Shown here: in pieces, positions 8,864-15,843 of the stretch
Layout: the number at the start of each line of letters is the position of its first letter
How positions within the stretch are numbered: the first letter of the stretch is position 1
From: Promethearchaeia archaeon
GTDB lineage: Archaea; Asgardarchaeota; Lokiarchaeia; Sigyniarchaeales; SOKP01
NCBI GenBank assembly: GCA_046483985.1
Contig: JAWOCD010000039.1
Span: 60,274-84,273 of the forward strand
Length of the DNA stretch: 24,000 nt
Direction: 5' to 3'
Notes under the pieces: model-generated
The model's database searches: none
The model's input: the letters and a program-made list of their open reading frames with translations, nothing else
What the model was told of the DNA's origin: nothing
Made by a program: the position numbers and the translations under genes

Positions 8864-9952
8864 CTAAAAGGTCTTCTTATTTGTTGTAGTGATATAACAA
8901 GAATCGCCGATGGTAATATTATTTTTGATTAAATCCTCCAAGATGGAATAATCTCCGATAATACTTTCATTTGCAATAATTTTCTTGAGCTGTGCTCCAT
9001 CTCCCACCACGGATTCCGTAAGAATACACTTTTTAATGGTAACATCATTCCCAATGGAAACATTGGGTCCAATGATGGAATCAACTATCTTTACATTACT
9101 TCCTAAAGCGACTGGGGGCACGATTCGCGAATCTACGATATTTCCATCCTTAAATAACTGTTCGTAAAGGGGGTCGGATAGTTTAAGATCTGCTAAAAGG
9201 TGACGGTGCCCATCGAGAAGGCTATCTGGTCTTCCAACGTCTAAAACCTCATCTTTCATTTCATTTACTTTTAACTTAAATCCTTCCTTAATTAATTGCT
9301 CTATCACTGGAGTGAGTTGATGCTCTTCTCCGTTTTCCAACTCGATTTTACTCTGCTCTTCTAACAGTTCAAATAATCTTCCAGACATACTCTCTCCGAA
9401 TAGATAAGCTCCGGAAACCGCATAATTTGATTTGGGATGTTGAGGTTTTTCTTGTATTTCTTTAATATATCCTTGTTCGTCCAAGACGGTTACCCCGTAA
9501 AACTGAGGGTTGTTAACTTCTTTCACATTGATTATTCCATCGCATTCTTTTTGATGGTAATTGAGCAAAATGGAACTGTATTCTTCCATAGGAAGCCGAT
9601 CACTCAAAAATATAAAGCAATCATCGTGTTCGGCGAATTCACGGGCAAGTAAAATCGCATCTCCGAGGCCAGAAAAATAGGGTGTTTCATTATCGTATCC
9701 TCGGGGCTTTTGTTCCCGAAATTGCATATTAAAGTAATCGCTGTAGTGTTCAATAAGATATTCGGTAATTTGCCGTTTTTTATACCCGACAATAAATACG
9801 ATATTGGTTCCTTCTGGAAAGGTTTTTTTCAATTTTTCCAAGATATGATCAATTAACTTCTTTCCTGCAACTTTTATAAAGGCCTTCGGTTTAGAAAAGG
9901 TAAACGGCATCAAACGGGTACCTACTCCCGCAATCGGACAAATTAACCACAT
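8864..9952 (-). CDS. sugar-phosphate nucleotidyltransferase with a C-terminal left-handed beta-helix domain
   Basis: 362 aa. N-terminal PIAGVGTRLMPFTFSKPKAFIKV matches the G-x-G-T-R-x-x-P NTP-transferase motif. The C-terminus carries hexapeptide repeats (IGPNVSIGNDVTIKKCILTESVVGDGAQL...). Confidence 0.8.
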   Translation of the reverse strand: MWLICPIAGVGTRLMPFTFSKPKAFIKVAGKKLIDHILEKLKKTFPEGTNIVFIVGYKKRQITEYLIEHYSDYFNMQFREQKPRGYDNETPYFSGLGDAILLAREFAEHDDCFIFLSDRLPMEEYSSILLNYHQKECDGIINVKEVNNPQFYGVTVLDEQGYIKEIQEKPQHPKSNYAVSGAYLFGESMSGRLFELLEEQSKIELENGEEHQLTPVIEQLIKEGFKLKVNEMKDEVLDVGRPDSLLDGHRHLLADLKLSDPLYEQLFKDGNIVDSRIVPPVALGSNVKIVDSIIGPNVSIGNDVTIKKCILTESVVGDGAQLKKIIANESIIGDYSILEDLIKNNITIGDSCYITTTNKKTF

Positions 9953-10118
9953 ATTATTATTGAGTAAACTTTTAAGGGTTTATCTAAGTGTAATGATATT
10001 GTATAGATCGATTTAATGTTTAATTCCTTTTTGATTTTTCTAAAGGCAATTATGAAGACTTTCCAAATTCTTAATTAATACTATAGTTTTTTGTAATAAT
10101 AATTTTTATTGATAATAT

Positions 10119-10195
10119 CCATGGTCCTTTAGGGGGAGGATGATTTTTGCCCTAATTTTAGCCTAAGAAAAGTATTAACCAAAAAATTTAAATAA
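10119..10195 (+). repeat. tnpB 3'-end / right-end-like module, copy A2 (solo)
   Basis: The sequence is ccatggtcctttagggggaggatgatttttgccctaattttagcctaagaaaagtattaaccaaaaaatttaaataa. It is collinear with copy A1 and one frame reads PWSFRGRMIFALILA*. No tnpB-like sequence lies on either side. Confidence 0.55.
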
Positions 10196-10233
10196 CAAAA
10201 TATATCTCCAAAATGGATCTACTAAATCGGAGA

Positions 10234-10791
10234 TTAGAATACCTCTATTATCTCTTTTAACATCTTATAATATTTGGCTTCTTTAAGCTTTTCGCGAATA
10301 ATTTTCTTCAATTTTCTTAGATAATAATTGTCTGAGCTATTTCTCTTTCTTCCGTGAAGTTTTTTGGTAACCGCGATTCTGATTTTCTCTTCAACGAAAT
10401 CTGGTGGAATAAGCTTAAAATCTTCTTTCAATTGTGCTTTTCTCTCTTTCAAGCCATCTTCAATCATCCTCTCCGAGGGCTCTTGCATTTTGTTATACAA
10501 GTTCTTTATCCATATCTGGAGTTTATCGATATCGCCTTTGAGATATGTTCTCTGATTGAGCCATTCCTTAAATCCCGCTACGTAATTCAAAAACTCATCA
10601 TCGTATTCTGTTTGGCCCGTTTTCTTACCACCTTTTTGAGGGGCAGGTGATTGATGATGTATTATTTCCCGGATCTTTTTTAGTTTTGCCTTCTTTAAAA
10701 CTTCTTCATCCTTATCTTGGCGTTCTATCTTATCTTTTTTAGCATTTTTGCTTTTTTCCTTTTCTTCTTTAATCCATTTGTCGATTCCCAT
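10234..10791 (-). CDS. hypothetical Lys/Glu-rich protein
   Basis: 185 aa with an ATG start, highly charged and predicted helical. No motif I recognise. Confidence 0.5.
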   Translation of the reverse strand: MGIDKWIKEEKEKSKNAKKDKIERQDKDEEVLKKAKLKKIREIIHHQSPAPQKGGKKTGQTEYDDEFLNYVAGFKEWLNQRTYLKGDIDKLQIWIKNLYNKMQEPSERMIEDGLKERKAQLKEDFKLIPPDFVEEKIRIAVTKKLHGRKRNSSDNYYLRKLKKIIREKLKEAKYYKMLKEIIEVF

Positions 10792-10926
10792 TTTTCATTT
10801 TTTTGAATGTTAGCTAAATCATTTAATTTTTTATTATGGATTTAACAATTTTCTTGCCGTTCTTCATAACTTTTTGTTTTTAATAAACATAATTTAATAA
10901 TTTTAAATTCTATACTATTCTTGAGC

Positions 10927-11697
10927 ATGAAAGAAGCAATTATATTTGATTTTGGATTTACTTTATTCTATTTTGAAAATGCTTCCCTTGAGAAATATTT
11001 GAATTGCTTTCGTGAGGGCTTAGAAGAGGTGTTATCCTTTTTAAAAATGCACAATATATTAGCATCGGAAAAAGCAGAAGAAAAATTTCGTGTTCTCTTT
11101 ACTTCATCTCGTAAACGATATTTTTCTCTTATAGAGAAAACAAATAGAGAATATAGAACTTCAGATCTCATTTCTCTTGTCTTAAAAAAATTAATTGACC
11201 TTCAACTAATTGAAATTTCGCTCGATTCGGTCGACCAATTAACGGCTAAATTGGCGAATATTTTTCATTCATATGAAGCAAAAGCGTGGCATCCATATGA
11301 AAACACCAGAGAAACTCTCGAGGAAATTAAGGAAAAGCATAATATAAAACTCGCTGTGTTATCTAATCACCCCCATCATGAAATGATTTATAATTTAATG
11401 GCACACTATAATTTACTCCATTATTTTGATGTAGTTATTACATCAGCCAAAGTGGGGTTTAGAAAACCTCACCAAAAGATTTTTTATTTTACTCTTAACC
11501 AATTGGACCTCTCTAAGAAGACTAAATCTTGTGCAATCTGTGGAGATGAATATGCAGATATCGTAGGAGGAAGAAGGGTGGGATTAGAAACCATTCTATA
11601 TGAAAGAACCTATAAATTTCCTGTTGAAAAAGAGATCAAAGGAACGAATTATATTCTAATTAAGGATATTTCTGAAATCTTAGACCACCTAAATTGA
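10927..11697 (+). CDS. HAD-superfamily hydrolase (subfamily IA-like)
   Basis: Motif I is IIFDFGFTLF, with Gly where the second Asp usually sits. Motif II is AVLSN. Motifs III/IV are K...CGDEYADIVGG. ATG 10927 is preferred over the TTG at 10921. Confidence 0.75.
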   Translation: MKEAIIFDFGFTLFYFENASLEKYLNCFREGLEEVLSFLKMHNILASEKAEEKFRVLFTSSRKRYFSLIEKTNREYRTSDLISLVLKKLIDLQLIEISLDSVDQLTAKLANIFHSYEAKAWHPYENTRETLEEIKEKHNIKLAVLSNHPHHEMIYNLMAHYNLLHYFDVVITSAKVGFRKPHQKIFYFTLNQLDLSKKTKSCAICGDEYADIVGGRRVGLETILYERTYKFPVEKEIKGTNYILIKDISEILDHLN

Positions 11698-11733
11698 ATT
11701 CCTTGTTCTATTTATTGAGGATTTTGATAAAAG

Positions 11734-11837
11734 TGGTCTGGGGGGGATTTGAACCCTCGATCTCCAGTAAGAAATGCTCCCATTTCTTAAATCTGGCTCC
11801 GCAAGCCAGCGCCCTATCCATACTGGACTACCAGACC
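11734..11837 (-). tRNA. tRNA-Arg (anticodon GCG at 11802-11800) with a 29-nt insertion in the variable region; CCA not encoded
   Basis: The reverse complement folds as a cloverleaf. Acceptor GGTCTGG/CCAGACC + A73. D arm GTCC-AGTATGGATA-GGGC. Anticodon arm CTGGC-TTGCGGA-GCCAG. T arm GAGGG-TTCAAAT-CCCCC with one A:C mismatch. T8, A14, G18G19, T33, T54T55C56 and G15/C48 are all present. Confidence 0.8.
11762..11790 (-). other. putative non-canonical tRNA intron (between positions 45 and 46)
   Basis: The proposed intron is T-TAAGAAATG-GGAG-CATTTCTTA-CTGG-AG. It contains a perfect 9-bp hairpin. Its CTGG can pair with exon CCAG (nt 40-43), leaving ATT and AGA as 3-nt bulges on opposite strands 4 bp apart, which is BHB geometry. 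Confidence 0.55.
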
Positions 11838-11920
11838 AATATTTTCAAATTAAATAACCTAAATGGAGTAATATTAAAAGAAAAAAATAGTTTTTCTTTT
11901 ATCAAAAAAGCAAATGAAAA

Positions 11921-11992
11921 CTCTCATCCTTAGGATGGAGATGAATTTTGCTTTAAAATCACTAAATATCTTAGGACCATTTTTTGAAATAG
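11921..11992 (+). repeat. tnpB 3'-end / right-end-like module, copy A3 (diverged)
   Basis: ctctcatccttaggatggagatgaattttgctttaaaatcac...tttgaaatagg aligns with A1/A2: cat-cc-tta-gg hairpin, gatgaatttt core and a tttRaaata terminus. It has the same position relative to the following tnpB N-terminal relic as A1. Confidence 0.45.
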
Positions 11993-12013
11993 GTCAATAT
12001 CTCACTTATAATT

Positions 12014-12180
12014 ATGTTTTGGACTAATACCTTAGAATTGAAACCTATGAACCAATAACAATGGATTCTCAAAGAACTCTAAGTTCGGAGTAGTGCTATT
12101 GGACCTGGGCTAACTATTACAGAAGACAAGCCTTTTTTGAAAAAAATAAAGAAGGGCCATCCTATATAGAGCAATATCAC
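12014..12180 (+). pseudogene. tnpB: tnpB N-terminal relic, second copy (frameshifted, with stop codons)
   Basis: atgttttggactaataccttagaattgaaacc...attacagaagacaagcctttttt...agagcaatatcac is collinear at the nucleotide level with 6165-6345 of the first relic. It contains in-frame taa/tag stops and indels. Confidence 0.55.
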
Positions 12181-12345
12181 TAAAATTGATATGTGTCATA
12201 GCAAAGTTAACCCTACTGATGAAACCTTTCTCTACTCTGAATGTATATACTTCGTAATTATAAAAAGAAACAGGAAATTATCTACTTTAAATAGGATTCA
12301 TTTAGGAAATTTAGAAGAATAAACATTTATGAATAGTGATTTATC

Positions 12346-13011
12346 ATGTTTGAACAATATCTGGTTATATTTGACATGGATGGTGTGCTTGCCGATACGG
12401 GTCCCATCCATTTTGAGAGTTGGAAAAAAATGGCGAAAGAACAAGGTGCAGAATTCACAAAAGACTTTTTTGAGGAGACATTCGGGCAACAAGCGGTCAC
12501 TATTACGAGAAAATTATTAGGTGATGATTATAGTGACGATGAAATCGAGCGATTAGCAGACTTAAAAGAACAATATTACCGGGACATGGTTCGAGGGGAA
12601 TTGGAGCCCTTAGCTGGCGTGATGGACCTTATTAAACAACTCGATCAAAAAGGTGTGAATTTAGGGGTAGGTTCCAGCGGAGCTGAAGCCAATGTTGATT
12701 TACTTTTAACGACCCTCAACATCAAAGACTATTTTGATGTGATCGTTACGGCAGAGGATGTGGAGGAGGGAAAACCCGAGCCGGGTGTATTTCTTAAAGC
12801 AGCTCGAGAAGTTTCCGTAGCACCGCGTAATACGATAGTTATAGAGGATGCACCGGTTGGAATTGAAGCCGCACGGAGGGCTGGAATGAAGACTATCGCC
12901 TTGATGACAACGCATAATCGGAAAAATCTCATCGAAGCCGATTTAATTGTGGAGAACCTGAAATATATCGATATTGAGGATATTCTTGAATTAGTAAATT
13001 TGGATATTTGA
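12346..13011 (+). CDS. HAD-superfamily hydrolase, beta-phosphoglucomutase/sugar-phosphatase-like
   Basis: 221 aa. Motif I is VIFDMDGVLADT, motif II is GVGSSG, and motifs III/IV are KPEPGVFL...IEDAPVGIEAARRAGM. Confidence 0.8.
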   Translation: MFEQYLVIFDMDGVLADTGPIHFESWKKMAKEQGAEFTKDFFEETFGQQAVTITRKLLGDDYSDDEIERLADLKEQYYRDMVRGELEPLAGVMDLIKQLDQKGVNLGVGSSGAEANVDLLLTTLNIKDYFDVIVTAEDVEEGKPEPGVFLKAAREVSVAPRNTIVIEDAPVGIEAARRAGMKTIALMTTHNRKNLIEADLIVENLKYIDIEDILELVNLDI

Positions 13012-13054
13012 CCGATCATTAACTTAAAATAAAATAATTAACTCAAGAGAACGG

Positions 13055-13735
13055 ATGGAAATGACGCTTATATTTCTGTGTTTGGGAAATTCACTCACAG
13101 CGGGTTATCCAGGATTTTCACCGAGCGAAGATGGTATTTCGGCAGGCTCCGGAAATGTGCGTTCCCAATACGAATTCTGGCTGAAAAAATATTGTTTGGA
13201 TTATTTGGAGAAAAATTTAGGATCTCTGGATGACGAGCTTATCGAGGGGCTAATATTTATTAACAAAGGAGTACCAGGTGAGTTGACGGGCCAGTTTTTA
13301 TCCCGTGTAGATTCGGATCTTATAAACCTCGAACCAGAGCCAGATTATTCCATTATACTTGGAGGGACCAACGATTTAGGCTGGGGAATTTCGTTAGAGA
13401 ACATTTTACAGAATGTTCAAGATCTGCATGATATCTCACGACAGCAACGTATCCCTTCAATGGGAGGAACAATCCCGCCGATCCTTGATGATATATCCAG
13501 TCCCGATTACCACTCCCGGAAAATGGAAATGAATGAGTTACTAACCTCTTATTACGAAAAAAATGATATTCCGTTCGCGGATTTATACCACGGAATGGCC
13601 GATGAGGAGGGAAATTTAAAAGAAGAATATGCTTATGCGGATGGACTCCATTTTTCTGTGGAAGGCTATAAGCAAATGGGAAAGGTTATCTTTAAGGATT
13701 TAATCAAGGATCTCCTTCCAAAAGAATATTTCTAA
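13055..13735 (+). CDS. SGNH/GDSL-family hydrolase (lipase/esterase-like)
   Basis: Block I is CLGNSLTAGY (Ser retained, Asp replaced by Asn). Block III is GGTND. Block V is DGLHFS (DxxH). Confidence 0.75.
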   Translation: MEMTLIFLCLGNSLTAGYPGFSPSEDGISAGSGNVRSQYEFWLKKYCLDYLEKNLGSLDDELIEGLIFINKGVPGELTGQFLSRVDSDLINLEPEPDYSIILGGTNDLGWGISLENILQNVQDLHDISRQQRIPSMGGTIPPILDDISSPDYHSRKMEMNELLTSYYEKNDIPFADLYHGMADEEGNLKEEYAYADGLHFSVEGYKQMGKVIFKDLIKDLLPKEYF

Positions 13736-13758
13736 TATCTTGTTTATTTCCGTTCCGT

Positions 13759-14868
13759 TTAAGTTATCCGAATGGTCTGATCGCATTTTTGATTAATCAC
13801 ATCCTCACCGATATCAGCAACTCGCTCGGCTAATTCGGTGATTTTCCAATGTTCATATCCCTTTACATAGGTATTAAATCTGTTTTGGAGAGGTGATTTC
13901 CATTTATTTGGAATCTCTTGATCTCCTAATTTTGCTCCCAGTAATGCTCCAATATTTCCGCAATTACAATCCGTATCTAAGCCCATCATGGCTGCTATGC
14001 AGACACTCCTACCTAACGGATCTTCCGTGTCCTTAGAACCGTACAAGAGCGATAATATAATTATCCCGATATTTGGGAGAACATGCACGCCTGAGATGAT
14101 TCTGTTTAAAAATTTAATTCGCCGATTGCTCAAAAGTGATAACCCTTGTTTCAGCTTGGTTTTTCTGACTTGATGCCAATAATTAATTAATTCCTTCCTT
14201 GCATCACGAAAATTTTCGGGATATTTTTTATATATCTTTTGGGCCTTTAACACCATTTGAGTAAATAGACTTTCCTCGGCCGAGGGTAAATATTCTAGGG
14301 ACTTTTCTATATTTTTCCGTATATCATCAATAAAAAAGGCGTGTGAAATCATAACCGCAATATATACCTCTCCTTGTATCCCTATGCCAGTATGGGAAAT
14401 GCTTCCATCCATTTCGGCATATTTTTTCGCCATTTCTGGACAACCTGGTGTTATTTGTCCCCAGATATCAGCTCGCATTTGCGCGCCAATTGCATCATAA
14501 TAATAATTTTCATGAGTGCCTGATTCTGGGGGCCATAATTCCTCTTCTCGTAAATTTTTTAAGGTAATCTTTTCTGCGGTGAAATTTTGCTTATATAATC
14601 GATTTTTCCAAACCTTTGCTATTTCTTTTGCCGTAAGATCGGGACCATACTCTTCTAACGCTATTAAGGCGCAGATCTCATACATCTCATCATCGTTGAC
14701 ATAGTCGTGGTCTATTTCTTTTGGGTAATATTTGAGTTCCCCGTATTTCCTTTTAATATAGCAATAAGGACGGAACTCCAAGGGATATCCTACAAAATCG
14801 CCAATAATTCTGCCGTACCATGAACCTAAAACTCGATGTGTATAATTTTCAAAGGAAATCTCTTTCAT
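13759..14868 (-). CDS. ADP-ribosylglycohydrolase family protein
   Basis: 369 aa. N-terminal GRIIGDFVGYPLEF (G-D-x-x-G-x-P-x-E) and C-terminal GLDTDCNCGNIGALLGA (DTD...G.L.GA) are the two metal-binding signature regions of the ARH/DraG family. Confidence 0.85.
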   Translation of the reverse strand: MKEISFENYTHRVLGSWYGRIIGDFVGYPLEFRPYCYIKRKYGELKYYPKEIDHDYVNDDEMYEICALIALEEYGPDLTAKEIAKVWKNRLYKQNFTAEKITLKNLREEELWPPESGTHENYYYDAIGAQMRADIWGQITPGCPEMAKKYAEMDGSISHTGIGIQGEVYIAVMISHAFFIDDIRKNIEKSLEYLPSAEESLFTQMVLKAQKIYKKYPENFRDARKELINYWHQVRKTKLKQGLSLLSNRRIKFLNRIISGVHVLPNIGIIILSLLYGSKDTEDPLGRSVCIAAMMGLDTDCNCGNIGALLGAKLGDQEIPNKWKSPLQNRFNTYVKGYEHWKITELAERVADIGEDVINQKCDQTIRIT

Positions 14869-14961
14869 AATTACAAAATAAACAATAATTTTTATAAAAA
14901 TAAACTAAAAAATAGTTGATAATTGAAGTCGAAAATTCCCCGTTAAATTTTGGGATTTAGT

Positions 14962-15252
14962 TTACCCGGTAAAATCTGCTCTGGAACCCATTAATGTGGT
15001 GGTATCTTCGATCCATTGTCCCATATCTTCATCGACTCGGCAATATGTTACGATTTTATCCAAATCTTGTAATTTTGTGAATCGACATTCGACGATTAAG
15101 TCCCAACCCCCATATACGGGAGTTGCATAGTCTACTTGCCATTCTTCTCCTTCCTCGGTTGATTTAAGCCCACGAAGTTTATCGACAATGTCCCATTCTT
15201 TCCCAATTGTTCGCAGCCGGATTAAAATATAGCCTCTATAGTAAGAAGTCAA
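14962..15252 (-). CDS. stand-alone Lrp/AsnC-type ligand-binding (RAM) domain protein
   Basis: 96 aa. It shows a beta-alpha-beta-beta-alpha-beta-like pattern: GYILIRL...DIVDKLRGL...VDYATPVYGGWDLIVECRF.KLQDLDKIV...I.DTTTLMG. There is no N-terminal HTH. The TTG start is obligatory, because a taa stop lies two codons upstream and there is no ATG until late in the frame. Confidence 0.6.
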   Translation of the reverse strand: MTSYYRGYILIRLRTIGKEWDIVDKLRGLKSTEEGEEWQVDYATPVYGGWDLIVECRFTKLQDLDKIVTYCRVDEDMGQWIEDTTTLMGSRADFTG

Positions 15253-15573
15253 CTTTATTTACACCTTATGAGTATTATTTATAATTCCTTATTATATCCT
15301 AATTAAGGAATATATTTAATGTGATTTATTTATAGTTTGTTATGCCATAGGAACTTTTTTCATTACATTTTCAAGTTTTAATTTTTCAATAAATCTACTT
15401 TGTTAAAGTTAATTCTCGTATTAAATTTTTTCAAAGATCTGATGACCAGAGAAATTTGAAACAAGACTATGCCTATCTTGACGGATTTCATTTTTCTGGA
15501 GTAGGGTATAATAAAATGTTGGAAGTCCTCTTTCAAAATGTAATAAGGAGAATCATCCAAGAATCTTAATTTG

Positions 15574-15587
15574 ACTCAAATTTGAGT
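15574..15587. promoter_or_regulatory. perfect 14-bp palindrome ACTCAAATTTGAGT in a long intergenic region
   Basis: Read directly from the sequence. The flanks ttg/taa extend it imperfectly. It lies between the divergent genes at 15252(-) and 15844(+). Confidence 0.25.
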
Positions 15588-15843
15588 TAAAAGAGTCTTC
15601 TCTGAATTTTTTGGAGTTCCATAAACTTAAATTTGGCTTAGGTTTTACGAAAGGATTTTCACTTCTCTCCTTTTTAGCTTTATCGGTTATTCCGGAAATC
15701 TGATTAACAGATAAAGGATTGATTGATTTAACGGATGATTTATCCCAGCGTGTTGAATATGAAAACTTGCAATAAAATATTTTTAAATTTTAATATTAAT
15801 TATTAATATTGATAATTAATTAAATTAGAAATGTGAAACATAA

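Noticed and set aside
10213-10260. 15-codon ORF (MDLLNRRLEYLYYLF*) ~18 nt downstream of the A2 repeat's TATA-like terminus
   Set aside because: It is too short and unsupported, and it overlaps the 3' end of the convergent 10234..10791 gene. It was noted only because of the promoter-like spacing.
11762-11790. Alternative reading of the tRNA insertion as a class II long variable arm (Leu/Ser/Sec-type)
   Set aside because: The anticodon is GCG (Arg), which is never class II. A 9-bp arm is also longer than known variable arms, and the flanks give BHB-like bulges instead.
11694-11933. 79-aa plus-strand ORF from the supplied track
   Set aside because: It runs straight across the minus-strand tRNA-Arg gene and into the repeat module. 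The open frame is explained by those features, not by a protein.
12214-12245. C/D-box sRNA-like motifs (cTGATGAaa ... CTGA)
   Set aside because: Only one C-like and one D'-like box are present, with no C'/D pair or terminal stem. The stretch lies inside the decayed tnpB element, and the motif is short enough to occur by chance.
15378-15560. 60-aa minus-strand ORF with a TTG start in the long intergenic gap
   Set aside because: It has no motif, a low-complexity composition, and only a TTG start. It is treated as part of a possible decayed gene rather than called as a CDS.
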